A stretch of DNA of 37,657 bases from a virus (taxonomy: Duplodnaviria > Caudoviricetes), in IMG/VR virus record IMGVR_UViG_3300037188_000089, positions 1 to 37,657 of that record. One strand, 5' to 3'. Both the position numbers and the translations under genes were made by a program. This document shows, piece after piece, positions 18,458 to 27,563 of the stretch (its first letter is position 1; every line of letters begins with the position of its first letter). The notes beneath the pieces are model-generated. The model saw only the letters and a program-made list of their open reading frames with translations, made no database searches and was not told where the DNA came from.

Positions 18458-19225
18458 TTATACCTGACTTCCGGTGTAAACGACACCCTTCTGCGCGCGC
18501 GCTTTGTACGCCTCTTCCGACACACCCATCTGTTCGCAGAGATTCTTCTGGAAGGCGTCCAGTTCGTTATCGTCTTTGGCCGCCGCCGCCTTGCCGCCCT
18601 TGCGCCCGGTGTCGCCACCCGCTGCCGCCGCGTGCGCGTCGATATCGTCTTGCTGCGCTTTTGTGACGATCTTGCCAGCCTTCACGCCGTCCAGATAGGC
18701 ATTATTAGCTGCTTGGCGCGTGGCGATGATGTGCGGCGTGCCGGCGTCGATCAGGAGCCGGTAGTGCGTAGCTGTTTGCTTGAATAACTCGCTTTTCGGG
18801 TCCAGCAGGTCCGGGTATTCCTTCGTGAGCGCCGCTTCGTCGGTGAGTTGCCGGGCGCGCGTCTCGATCGCCGAAGCGAGCTCCGCCTTTGTCACAAAAC
18901 CGCTTTTGGCGACCAGTTCTGTGAGCCCCTTGCCGCCTTTCTTGGACATGACCTCGATCGGGTCTTCCTCTATTTCTGGAGTCTCAATCGGGGTATCCGC
19001 CTTCTTTTCCTTGCCCGAGTGCTTGGCTTGTTCATGCCAGTAGCGCGCCGCTTCGTCCTTCTCCGCCAACTGCGCGGCAAAAGTCGTCTCCTTCGCGGCG
19101 CCCTCGGCCTTGAGTGCGTCAATTTGCGTTTGCAGCGCAGCCATCGCCGCTGTATTGTCTTCGCCGCCGCCGGCGCCGCCCTCTTCGCCAGCCTCGGCGC
19201 GCAAAAGCGTCCAGTTTCTAAACAA
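18458..19225 (-). CDS. Capsid scaffolding protein
   Basis: LLRAEAGEEGGAGGG leader, acidic coiled coil, EYPDLLDPKSEL, C-terminal LDAFQKNLCEQMGVSEEAYK; AAGGAG before the TTG start. Confidence 0.8.
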   Translation of the reverse strand: MFRNWTLLRAEAGEEGGAGGGEDNTAAMAALQTQIDALKAEGAAKETTFAAQLAEKDEAARYWHEQAKHSGKEKKADTPIETPEIEEDPIEVMSKKGGKGLTELVAKSGFVTKAELASAIETRARQLTDEAALTKEYPDLLDPKSELFKQTATHYRLLIDAGTPHIIATRQAANNAYLDGVKAGKIVTKAQQDDIDAHAAAAGGDTGRKGGKAAAAKDDNELDAFQKNLCEQMGVSEEAYKARAQKGVVYTGSQV

Positions 19226-19568
19226 GTTTCAACTCCTTGCCAAACGCCGTGCCTTTGTAGAGGTCCGCCCGCTTGCGGCAGTAGGACTCTTTGCAGCTAG
19301 AACAGGCCACGGCGTATAGGCCATCAATGGGGATCACGTACATCCGGGTAGTCGGTTGATTGTGCAAATCGTTCAGTGTTTCGAGCGAAGCGCCGCAGAG
19401 TTGGCAGCCGTTTGGCGTCGCGCCGGCGAGAACATTTAGTGCGTGATAGTGCCAGGCGTGGCAACGGAGGCACATGCGTTGCCCAGTGGAAAGCGTCATC
19501 AGATCTGTGGGCGCGACCTGGCGGCTGCACCAATGACAGCGCGAAGCGACGATAATTTGCGTGGTCAC
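19218..19568 (-). CDS. Cys-rich double zinc-finger protein
   Basis: Four CxxC pairs: CHWC, CLRC, CQLC, CSSC; coupled to both neighbours. Confidence 0.7.
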   Translation of the reverse strand: MTTQIIVASRCHWCSRQVAPTDLMTLSTGQRMCLRCHAWHYHALNVLAGATPNGCQLCGASLETLNDLHNQPTTRMYVIPIDGLYAVACSSCKESYCRKRADLYKGTAFGKELKLV

Positions 19569-19894
19569 TGACTTATAGGTCCTGGGGGGAGGTGCGGCGG
19601 CATGGGGATTGAATCTCCGTCGCGCATTAGCGGGTGTTCGCGCAAGTAGTCATAGATTGCAGTTTTTGCCTCGGGCGTGAATTCCAGACCAACTACCGGC
19701 GCTGTAGCTTTTCTTCGATGGCCACCGCCGCGGCGTCTTTGCAGTTCAACGAGGATCGGCCCGAGCTTGGCTTCTAGTTTCTCGTCGAGCGCTTTGAGTT
19801 TACGGTCGAGGCTGCGTAAGATGAAGCCGATGACGCACAGCGCCCCGCCGTTCAGTAAAACGATAAGCGCATACGCCAGTAGATCGCGTTTCAT
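19565..19894 (-). CDS. Single-pass membrane protein with coiled coil
   Basis: N-terminal hydrophobic helix then LDRKLKALDEKLEAKL. Confidence 0.6.
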   Translation of the reverse strand: MKRDLLAYALIVLLNGGALCVIGFILRSLDRKLKALDEKLEAKLGPILVELQRRRGGGHRRKATAPVVGLEFTPEAKTAIYDYLREHPLMRDGDSIPMPPHLPPGPISQ

Positions 19895-19909
19895 TTGCTT
19901 GCTTTCTCT

Positions 19910-20122
19910 TTAGCCAACTACCGTGATGCGGTCGCCAATCGACAGCGGGACGCACTGGAATAGACCGAATGTGGCCACGCCCACGGCGCGGTAATGAATA
20001 CCCGGCAGCAGCAGCACGCCGCCCGCGGTGCCCTGCGACCAGAACACTAGTCCGGTCGTTAGTGGCAGCGGCAACAGCAGCGTGTAAAACGCCTGCACGT
20101 CGACGACGGTGTACGTTTTCAC
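19910..20122 (-). CDS. Small beta protein resembling phage Ig-like decoration domains
   Basis: GVLLLPGIHY...GDRITV pattern resembles the C-terminal domain of 9238-10407; GTGA coupling. Confidence 0.45.
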   Translation of the reverse strand: MKTYTVVDVQAFYTLLLPLPLTTGLVFWSQGTAGGVLLLPGIHYRAVGVATFGLFQCVPLSIGDRITVVG

Positions 20123-20358
20123 GCCACGTACCGCCAGGGATGGTTTTTCGATTTGCTGCGAATGTGCTCGTGAAAAAACTTCCCGATACTCGGCGCTTTC
20201 ATGAGCGCATCCGCCTTGACCTGATCCACGTCGTCATACTCGGCAACAGCGCCCTTGCGGTTCGGCGTGCCATGGAACTCGACGTGTAACTTCTGCGTTG
20301 CCGGATCGTAGCCGACGCTCTTCAGCGCCGTGCTTTCGACATTCGTGCGTTTCAGCAT
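20119..20358 (-). CDS. KTSC domain protein
   Basis: VESTALKSVGYDPATQKLHVEF...YDDV...LMKAPSIGKFFHEHIR. Confidence 0.92.
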   Translation of the reverse strand: MLKRTNVESTALKSVGYDPATQKLHVEFHGTPNRKGAVAEYDDVDQVKADALMKAPSIGKFFHEHIRSKSKNHPWRYVA

Positions 20359-20570
20359 CCGTCCCTCGGCGGCGGCACCTTGATCGGCCGCCGCGTTACT
20401 TCGATTCGGTACTCGTCCGTGAACTTCTGCAAATCGGCGACGATCCGCTTAGACTCTTCGAGGAGCGCAGGAGCTACGCGATCATCAATGAGGTGCGTGC
20501 TCGCGACGTGCGCAACAAGCGCCATCTGCGTCGTTACCAGCCGCTTTAGAATGTAAGCAAGACCGGGCAT
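20352..20570 (-). CDS. Hypothetical protein
   Basis: Abuts the acb2 stop and overlaps the KTSC start. Confidence 0.55.
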   Translation of the reverse strand: MPGLAYILKRLVTTQMALVAHVASTHLIDDRVAPALLEESKRIVADLQKFTDEYRIEVTRRPIKVPPPRDGC

Positions 20571-20783
20571 TCAAAACCCATCCGGTTTCGTGATGGCTCT
20601 CACCCAGGCCATGATTCCTTGCTGTATGTTGGTTCGCGCGATCGCGAGCCAGCGCTGGTCTACGCCAGGAATGGCGCCGCTCGCTTCGATCGCTACGCCC
20701 ATCTTTTCGCCCTGCGTTTTGATGTCGTTGATGAGATCAATCTCGGCATCGCTCAACGGGCGGTACCCTTTGATTTCTGGCAT
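20571..20783 (-). CDS. acb2: Anti-CBASS cyclic-nucleotide sponge Acb2-like protein
   Basis: IKGYRPLSDAEIDLINDIK...RWLAIARTNIQQGIMAWVRAITKPDGF matches the recalled Acb2 signature (KGYR.LS..EI..MN..K; RWLAI..T..Q.G.M...RA.A.P..F). Confidence 0.9.
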   Translation of the reverse strand: MPEIKGYRPLSDAEIDLINDIKTQGEKMGVAIEASGAIPGVDQRWLAIARTNIQQGIMAWVRAITKPDGF

Positions 20784-20784
20784 C

Positions 20785-20994
20785 TCAGCAACCCGGCATC
20801 GAGCCGGGCGGCGGCACGCCAGGCGGCAGCGGCCCGCTCGTGGGACCGCCCGCCATCGGCGGACCAGCAGGAGGAGCCATCTGAGGGCCGGGCGGCGCCA
20901 TCGCCATCTTCATGGCGGCTTTGTGGCCGGGGTGCTTATCGCCGTGGTGAACCATGGCGGCGAAGCCGGGATGACTGCTCACTTTTCTCGCCAT
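20785..20994 (-). CDS. Small Pro/Met/Gly-rich protein with HPGF/HPGH repeat
   Basis: Start MARKVSS (20994) immediately after the upstream stop. Confidence 0.55.
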   Translation of the reverse strand: MARKVSSHPGFAAMVHHGDKHPGHKAAMKMAMAPPGPQMAPPAGPPMAGGPTSGPLPPGVPPPGSMPGC

Positions 20995-20995
20995 G

Positions 20996-21460
20996 TTAGT
21001 GTTTGACCGGTCCTGACCGCACCGGCTGGGTGTCGCCCTGCGACGGGTGGTGCTCGGGATATTCGGCATCGTTCGGCAGATGCTCGGGATCTGGCTGAGC
21101 CGCCGCGTTCTGCGTTAGCTGGTCGGATACGTCGTGGAGGGCTTGTTGCCGTCTCATTGCGACCTTACCGTCCGCTTCCTCTGCCGTTCCCGTTTGTCCG
21201 TACGGTTCGTAGGCTGCTTCTTGCTTCTCCGCGTGCGCGTCAACTTCTTCTTTCTTTGGGTCCGCGAACACGTCCGGCAGCAAATCATGCCGCAATGTAG
21301 CCGCGTCTTCTTCGCTGACGGTGATGACATTTCCGGATGTCAACTGTACCCCGCCATTCTTAGCAACATGCACGACCTGGGTGAGATTGACAATCTCCGC
21401 CCCGACGACATTGCCCTCGTCGTCGCGGTCCACATTCACGGGAACAAACACATTATCCAT
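20996..21460 (-). CDS. Acidic hypothetical protein
   Basis: Likely start MDNVFVP; small beta domain plus acidic tail; follows motif copy 3. Confidence 0.65.
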   Translation of the reverse strand: MDNVFVPVNVDRDDEGNVVGAEIVNLTQVVHVAKNGGVQLTSGNVITVSEEDAATLRHDLLPDVFADPKKEEVDAHAEKQEAAYEPYGQTGTAEEADGKVAMRRQQALHDVSDQLTQNAAAQPDPEHLPNDAEYPEHHPSQGDTQPVRSGPVKH

Positions 21461-21504
21461 AGTCAGGAAACTCTTTCTTTTCCGGCGCATCGCTTGCGCG
21501 CACG

Positions 21505-21518
21505 TCCGGTTAGTCGGA
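21505..21518 (-). promoter_or_regulatory. TCCGACTAACCGGA motif copy 3
   Basis: Exact 14-mer containing the upstream gene's TAA; 21500-21522 is the exact reverse complement of 30591-30613. Confidence 0.7.
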
Positions 21519-21779
21519 GTGCCGAGCCGCAGCTTCCAACTCCATCTCTAGAATAGGGGCGATTTGCTCAACCCGGCGCAGCGCTTCGACTGAGCCCTGC
21601 GCTTTGCGCCAGGCGACTGCGTCGGCCGACGTTTCGCACGCTTTTACCGCCGCTTCGAGCAGTATTCCAAGGCGAGCCTGGTGGACCTTCCAAGCGCGTG
21701 ACTCGGTCATATCGTACAAATCACGCAACGATAGCGCCGCTTCGCCGCGGACGGCTACCACTTTCCCGGTTATGTGCAT
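21510..21779 (-). CDS. Small helical post-portal protein
   Basis: Start MHITGK (21779); ESRAWK...RKAQGSVEALRRV pattern common downstream of podoviral portals. Confidence 0.65.
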   Translation of the reverse strand: MHITGKVVAVRGEAALSLRDLYDMTESRAWKVHQARLGILLEAAVKACETSADAVAWRKAQGSVEALRRVEQIAPILEMELEAAARHSD

Positions 21780-22414
21780 ACTTTCTTTCGCCGTCCGCCC
21801 GAGGGCGGCCGTCCGTCGAGCCACCACGGATTTGGAAACAGCCGATACTTTTCTACCCGAGTCAAGAGACGGGGCCCACGGTGCCGAAGACGCTCCGCGC
21901 GGCGGATGACGGCTAAAGCGACAAGCATGTCCTGGCGCGTTTGCAGTTCGGCGGCAAGTACCCAGTTCGGGCGGCGCCGCTTCTTTGGCTTTTCGCGCCG
22001 CCAGATGCGCCATAAATCCGACGTAGTGCGAACATACTCTCGCCAGTTTGCCATCGTCAGGACCGCCGTTCCGCGCGGTATTTTAGGACGCGCCGTCAAT
22101 TCGACCCAGCGCTCCATATCGTCGTGATAGCGGCGATGTTTCGGCTTACACAGAAACTTCGTGAGGAATTCCGCCTGCAGGTGCAACAGTTCATGCACAA
22201 TCGATACCTCCAAATCTTTGTTGCCCAGCCAATCTTTATCGATCTTCACCGGATCGAGCAGCGTGAGCTTCGCGCTCTTGTACTTCGGCAGCGCGTTCGC
22301 GGACGCCAGCCCGTCTTCCGTTTGGTCGACGACGACGGCGGTGATCTCCCAGTCCTGCAGGCGCAGCCGCTTCTGCCACTCCGGGATAAGGGCGATCGCT
22401 TCGAGCGCGGTCAC
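21770..22414 (-). CDS. Phage zincin-like metallopeptidase (HEXXH) with basic C-terminal extension
   Basis: GTGA-coupled start 22414; WQKRLRLQDWEI and EVSIVHELLHL motifs. Confidence 0.75.
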   Translation of the reverse strand: MTALEAIALIPEWQKRLRLQDWEITAVVVDQTEDGLASANALPKYKSAKLTLLDPVKIDKDWLGNKDLEVSIVHELLHLQAEFLTKFLCKPKHRRYHDDMERWVELTARPKIPRGTAVLTMANWREYVRTTSDLWRIWRREKPKKRRRPNWVLAAELQTRQDMLVALAVIRRAERLRHRGPRLLTRVEKYRLFPNPWWLDGRPPSGGRRKKVCT

Positions 22415-22620
22415 CGTAGAACAACCTTCCCGTCCTCGAGGTATGCCTGCATGATTGGTTGACCGTAATCCTCTCCATCGGCGTGCCGGACTATCGCAGT
22501 CGGCGGCAGCTTGCGCAGCACCTTGCGGAGATCCTTGACCGTAAAGCCCTCGCGCTGACTGACATGGGCGCCCTCGCGCGCTACCTCTGGGCAACCGAAC
22601 CCGACAACTGGCTTGCTCAT
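22411..22620 (-). CDS. Small phage hypothetical protein
   Basis: TVKDLRKVLRKLPPTAIV motif; coupled at both ends. Confidence 0.6.
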   Translation of the reverse strand: MSKPVVGFGCPEVAREGAHVSQREGFTVKDLRKVLRKLPPTAIVRHADGEDYGQPIMQAYLEDGKVVLR

Positions 22621-22958
22621 ATCACCCCGGAGGCAAGGCCAATCAAGTCGCTTTCGCTTAATCTCCGATGCACCTTGGCGTGTGGATACCTGGATAGAAC
22701 TTCGCCGACAACATCGCGCCCTTCCACCATGAAGTGCTGCACGGCCTTTTCGCCGTGAGCGTTCGTTCCAACAAGCGAACCGCGCTGATAGGCCGCGAAA
22801 CGCTTTATGGTCCTAGTCTCGAAGTCCGTCTGGAATCCTTCCGGCTCGTCGTCACGGACGTAAACATCAGTGATCTCTTCGCGCGAATGGGGCCGCGACG
22901 CCGACAGCGCCGCGCATGTAGACCCAATAACGGCAAGAAGCTCTCTTCGGTTCATCAT
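22617..22958 (-). CDS. Twin-arginine-leader mini-protein carrying an MCP C-terminal-like motif
   Basis: MMNRRELLAVIG leader; YVR-x9-DFETRTIK matches MCP YDR-x9-DFESRSMK without gaps. Confidence 0.7.
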   Translation of the reverse strand: MMNRRELLAVIGSTCAALSASRPHSREEITDVYVRDDEPEGFQTDFETRTIKRFAAYQRGSLVGTNAHGEKAVQHFMVEGRDVVGEVLSRYPHAKVHRRLSESDLIGLASGVI

Positions 22959-22961
22959 TGT

Positions 22962-25199
22962 TTACCCTGTCGGCGGCAATCCGCTACCCGGCGGCGGCTT
23001 CGCCCCTGGCGGCGGTGCGCCCTTGAATTCATGCGGCTTGATGGGCGGCGCCACACTCCCCGCGAGCGGCATCGGCGGCGTGATCGGCGTTCCGCCCGGC
23101 GGCATCATCACGCCCGGCGGCAGTTGCCCCATGCCCGTGCCAAGCGACGCCGCGGGATTCGCGCCCGTCGCCGCCGCTTGCTGAACGATTCGCTCCGTGA
23201 TCGCTTGTACCAGCTTTTTCTGTTCGAGCTGGTGAATGTGATCGACGTAATGCGCCTTCAACGCCGCGATGGCGTCTTTGTCGGCGTACTGATCTTCGAC
23301 CGCCAGGTTCAGATCCTTCATGTGGCGAACCATGTGTAACTGGTCGTTATCCTGCGGATTGACTTCGATCGCTTCGCCCTGCTGCATCCGCGCCCACTCG
23401 TCCTTCGGATTCAACGGCAGATCGCCCGCCGGCGGTTGTGGAACCAGATCGCCAAAGTCCGGATCGCCCAGAGCCTTGTGCGCGTCGTTCGTGACTTTCC
23501 AGAGTGCGGCCGGATTCTGAACAATGAGCGGATTCTGTAAGTCGAGCTGATAGCGCGCGAGCGTGTTCTCTTTGTCCGCGGCTCGACTCCACACCGACGT
23601 GGCTAGTTTCAAGCGAAAGTCGTAGCTGCCGTTGCGCTCCGCTTTCGCGAGGTACGAACCGCCCTTGCCTGTGTCGAATAGCCCATCGGCATCCTCTTCC
23701 GTCACGCGGAAGAACGTCTCGGCGTCGCCGAATTGAAACTCCAATATCCAGAACTTCTGAAAGACGAGCGCGTAGTCCTCGCGCAAGATGGTTGTGTCCA
23801 TCGTCATGCGCAAGTTGCCCGCCTGCATCAGCATCGCCTGGCCGCTCGCCGTGCGTGGCGCGTTCGGACGATCCGACGCGCGGCCGTTCGCCTGGTCGGT
23901 TTCGCCCGTCAAGCGTTCGAGGTACGACAAGACGACCTGCTCTTTCGCCGCGACCGCCTCCAGGTCTGCCGTGAACTTCATTTGGTTCATGTCAGTGGCG
24001 GGATTATCCATCGGGATCATATCGCCTGGCCGCAGTCTAAATTGCTTCGGCGCAAACCCCTGCGCCGGCTTGTAGCCAATCGGCGGCGATACGACTAGAT
24101 CCAGCGCATCCGATCCTTTGTTGTGGTTTGAGCGGATCTCGTCTTCGCTGTCGATCGATAGCGCCATCATGCCGTCACACCAATACGATCCGTCTTTTAC
24201 GTAGCTGGCTTCGACGAACGGACGCGGGAACGGATCGGCAGGATAGAGCTTCCGCAAATCTTGCGCGCCGATCATCAGGTAAGCCATGTCCGGCAGAACG
24301 CGGAAGACGATGTCGCTCTCGTTCAACTGCCGCTTGTCAACGTCGTATTCGTCGGCGTCGTGTTGGCCTTTCTTCAACATGCGCCAGCGCCCGTACCATT
24401 CGAGCATCAGCAATGTGGAGCCCGACGACATGCCGCCCTCTTGCTGGACACCCTCGGCGGCGTCTTTCTGGCGCTTCGTCTGATCGCCTTCGACCTCGCG
24501 TTTCTGGCGATTGTATGACTGCATCAGGATTTGCTTGTAGTTCTTTTTGATGTTGGTGTAGCGTCCAGCCTGCTCGCCGTCGAGAAGCTTCTGCGGCGTG
24601 ATCGCCACCTTGCGCACGAACCACGTAAAATCGTGCAGCGTTTCGGCGTCTTCCGCCGGAAACACCATGTCGTCGCCTTCCATCACCTGAAAGTCTGGGC
24701 CTTTGTAATAGGTGTTGGTTTGCGTGCCGTCCTTCGTCGTTTCAAAGTCGAAGCTCTTCTTTGTCCACGGCGTATAAGCGTGAACGCGGCCGAAGATGAT
24801 CTTGTAAAGCTCGAACTGCAATAGCCGATTTGTGAGCTTCATCGACTGAAACACGCGCCACGTCATGTAAGCGCCGATCTTCGCATCGTTGCGGTAGTCC
24901 GATGGTCCGTTCGGAACCGCGGTTATCTCCGCGTCGTCGCCGAAGATCGAATCGGCGTTGCGCGCCCACTTCTGCGAAGCGAGCCACTTGCACACCGGAA
25001 CCGGATAATTGCTCTTGTCTTCGTCGCCGGGCTTCGGTGGATCGACCAAACAACGCCAGCGACGAAAGAAGAGCGCTTGTTTCGCCATGCGTTTTGCGTG
25101 ATCGTCGAGCGCGTTCCGATAGTCCGCCATCACGCGATTGGCGAGCCGCGAGCTTTCCTGGTCGCTGAGCTTGATCTGGTACTGCGTTTGGTCAGGCAC
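22962..25199 (-). CDS. Portal protein (P22/N4-like)
   Basis: 745 aa after TerL; KSNYPVP, PRPFVEASY..GSYWCDG, LRPGDMIP, ERLTG, RTASG, Pro-rich tail. Confidence 0.9.
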   Translation of the reverse strand: MPDQTQYQIKLSDQESSRLANRVMADYRNALDDHAKRMAKQALFFRRWRCLVDPPKPGDEDKSNYPVPVCKWLASQKWARNADSIFGDDAEITAVPNGPSDYRNDAKIGAYMTWRVFQSMKLTNRLLQFELYKIIFGRVHAYTPWTKKSFDFETTKDGTQTNTYYKGPDFQVMEGDDMVFPAEDAETLHDFTWFVRKVAITPQKLLDGEQAGRYTNIKKNYKQILMQSYNRQKREVEGDQTKRQKDAAEGVQQEGGMSSGSTLLMLEWYGRWRMLKKGQHDADEYDVDKRQLNESDIVFRVLPDMAYLMIGAQDLRKLYPADPFPRPFVEASYVKDGSYWCDGMMALSIDSEDEIRSNHNKGSDALDLVVSPPIGYKPAQGFAPKQFRLRPGDMIPMDNPATDMNQMKFTADLEAVAAKEQVVLSYLERLTGETDQANGRASDRPNAPRTASGQAMLMQAGNLRMTMDTTILREDYALVFQKFWILEFQFGDAETFFRVTEEDADGLFDTGKGGSYLAKAERNGSYDFRLKLATSVWSRAADKENTLARYQLDLQNPLIVQNPAALWKVTNDAHKALGDPDFGDLVPQPPAGDLPLNPKDEWARMQQGEAIEVNPQDNDQLHMVRHMKDLNLAVEDQYADKDAIAALKAHYVDHIHQLEQKKLVQAITERIVQQAAATGANPAASLGTGMGQLPPGVMMPPGGTPITPPMPLAGSVAPPIKPHEFKGAPPPGAKPPPGSGLPPTG

Positions 25200-25821
25200 G
25201 GCGGGATGCCCTCAGCGGTATTAGTTTTCGGCCGGGCGGCGCCCATGGCGGCGGGGCGTCAATGACGGCGAGCGGGTGCGCTGACTCGCCTCTTCCTAAA
25301 GCGAAGTACTGATCTAACGGAAAGAGCGCGTGTGGCTGCAGTTCGCGAAAGACGCGGCCTAGCGTTTGCTCGATGCGATACGACTCATGGAAGTAAGCGC
25401 CACGGTCCATGTCGAGTTTGGCGCAACATGCCTTCCAATCAGCGCCGAGAAGGTAGTGGAAGCGAAAGAGCCGGTGCTGGGCGATGGTCAGCGAACGCTG
25501 CGCAACCAGGCAGAAGTCCGCGCAGTACTCTTCGTCCTTGCGTCCCCACATTCCCTGCCCGCGGGCGCCGTTGCGATTCTCTAGCGACGCAGCAGAGACG
25601 TGCGCAAACTTGCGATCGAGCGTGGCGAGTGCGCAAAAGCGGTTGTAGCACGCACGAAAGATGGCGCGAAACACACAGTTGCACGGCGTCTCCGCGCCGT
25701 GACGACCGAGTCGCTGTCCAAGACCGAAGCAATATACGCAACTTTGCTGGGCCAGCGCCAATGTCTCGCTGCGCGTCCAAACGGGCAGCTCCGTCGTGTG
25801 TTCGTTTCTTATTGTCTTCAT
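25192..25821 (-). CDS. Zn-finger plus sigma-r4-like HTH protein (candidate late regulator)
   Basis: ATGA-coupled start 25821; CVYC..PCNC zinc site, then LFRFHYLLGADWKACCAKLDMDRGAYFHESYRIEQTLGR HTH-like segment. Confidence 0.65.
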   Translation of the reverse strand: MKTIRNEHTTELPVWTRSETLALAQQSCVYCFGLGQRLGRHGAETPCNCVFRAIFRACYNRFCALATLDRKFAHVSAASLENRNGARGQGMWGRKDEEYCADFCLVAQRSLTIAQHRLFRFHYLLGADWKACCAKLDMDRGAYFHESYRIEQTLGRVFRELQPHALFPLDQYFALGRGESAHPLAVIDAPPPWAPPGRKLIPLRASRRA

Positions 25822-27563
25822 GCGACCTTTAGTCTTCTTCCGCGCTCGTCCGGTAAGTCGGAGGCGGGACGCCGGTAGTTGTCGATCTTCGTCAGCGCGT
25901 CCGGCAAGAGCGGCATCACGATCTTGGGCGGCATCTCTTGAATACCGACGCAAAGCAGCGCCAGGCCGATCACGTCGTCGTCGTGGCAACCATACGCGCC
26001 CTCCGCTTTGCCGTCCGCCTTAATCACAAAGGTTCGGCACTGCTGCTGTGTTTCCGGGTGATGGACGATTAAGGCGCCGGTGCGCAGCGCTTCGTCGAGC
26101 GTGGAGATCATTTGTGGCCGCGTCACTGTCGTCGTCAGGAAGCCGATCAGGTCGGCGCGCTCTTGCGGGTCTTGGTCGGTCGTGCGAATCCGGTGATAGA
26201 TGAGCGTCACTGGATAGCCTATTCGCCCGTCGTCGCCTTTCAGTAGTGCGTCGACCGTCGCCCAGCCGTGGTTATTAATTTCAGGAACAAGCTGTGCCCA
26301 GTTGTAGAAGCTGCCAAGCATCCAAAGCTGCCGTGCGAACTCCGCCGGCGTGAGGCGGGCGCTTAGTCGCGCCACGACTTCGCCCGTATCGCGATCGCCG
26401 ACTTGGGCGCAAGCGAAATCTGGATCCGCTTTGCCGCCGCCGCCTTTGAGAATGTCGATGCCTTGCGCTGAGTCAGCGCCGATGATGTACTGGCGATTGC
26501 GTTCCGGGCGTTTGTAGATCGTCAGTTCGCCGCGTTCGCGCTGAAGGAACCGCAGGCGCTTCTCGCCGCCGATGTCGTCAAGCTGCAAGCCGCCTGTGAG
26601 TCCATCGCGAATGATCGGCATTCGCTCAATCGAGGCAGAATTGAACCGAGGCCGTCCTGATGTTAGCCAGCATTCCTGCGGGTTGCTTGAAAACTCCTGC
26701 TTGAATAAGTCCTCGTCGCCGGTGAGATCGTTGCGAATCTTCCAGCGCCGCCAGGCGAGCTGCGGGAGCGTGAGGTTGTACGTCTCGCGCATCGTGCGCT
26801 CTTCGGGCGTGAGCACCGCCTGGAACGCCGCCGGCGTTGTGTCGTCTTCGGCCAGCGCGCGGACGTATTCAGGATGCTCCCACCAGCCGAAGTACTCCGC
26901 AATCCAATCCGACTCGCCATTTACCGCCGCTTCCCACATCGTGTGGAACTCGGTACCGACGCCCGCCGGCGAACTTTCGCCGATGACTTCGGTGTCCGGC
27001 GTCGTCGGAACGGCCGCCATCACGGAGGCGATGAGCTGCCGCGCGTGATCGCCGTAAAAGCCCAGCTCGCTAAAGTGAACGTTGTGGAGAGTGAACGAAC
27101 GTCCGATGTTCACGCTGCCCGCGGTGTGAATCTTGATCCAACTGCCGTTGTCGTATTCGAGGGCGTCCGTGCGATCGCTGATAAGCTTGGGCAAGCCGAT
27201 CACGCCGCGAAACGGTTTGTAGTTGTCGTGGAAGCGCTTATAGTGGTCGAAAATGTTCTTCGCGCTTTTCGCATCGTGAGCGAGCACGAGCGTATGCTGC
27301 CCCGGCTGCATGATCGTCCGTCGGAAGAAGCGCGACGCGACGTACACCGTGCCCCAGACCTGGCGCGCTTTTAAAAAAAGCAGACGGATAGCATGGCCTA
27401 GCTCCTCTTCGCGCTTGATCCGATTCGCCAGCTTCGTTTGCGCCGGGCCGTGAATCATCGGTACGAGCTGCCCGGCCTTGTTGAGCACCATCAGCGACTC
27501 ACGCGCGAAGATCGCGTCGTCGTTGAAGTCTTCGCGCAACGTTTTAAGATCGAGCGTCTTCAT
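25818..27563 (-). CDS. terL: Terminase large subunit
   Basis: Walker A-like LKARQVWGT, Walker B VHFSELGFY, ESSPAG coupling motif, FKQEF, nuclease IIGADSAQG and HDDDVIGLAL; ATGA-coupled start 27563 (alternative 27653). Confidence 0.95.
   Translation of the reverse strand: MKTLDLKTLREDFNDDAIFARESLMVLNKAGQLVPMIHGPAQTKLANRIKREEELGHAIRLLFLKARQVWGTVYVASRFFRRTIMQPGQHTLVLAHDAKSAKNIFDHYKRFHDNYKPFRGVIGLPKLISDRTDALEYDNGSWIKIHTAGSVNIGRSFTLHNVHFSELGFYGDHARQLIASVMAAVPTTPDTEVIGESSPAGVGTEFHTMWEAAVNGESDWIAEYFGWWEHPEYVRALAEDDTTPAAFQAVLTPEERTMRETYNLTLPQLAWRRWKIRNDLTGDEDLFKQEFSSNPQECWLTSGRPRFNSASIERMPIIRDGLTGGLQLDDIGGEKRLRFLQRERGELTIYKRPERNRQYIIGADSAQGIDILKGGGGKADPDFACAQVGDRDTGEVVARLSARLTPAEFARQLWMLGSFYNWAQLVPEINNHGWATVDALLKGDDGRIGYPVTLIYHRIRTTDQDPQERADLIGFLTTTVTRPQMISTLDEALRTGALIVHHPETQQQCRTFVIKADGKAEGAYGCHDDDVIGLALLCVGIQEMPPKIVMPLLPDALTKIDNYRRPASDLPDERGRRLKVA
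25849..25862 (-). promoter_or_regulatory. Motif copy 4 (TCCGACTTACCGGA, one mismatch) in the terL 3' end
   Basis: 27 nt upstream of ATG 25821, heading the regulator-portal genes. Confidence 0.6.
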
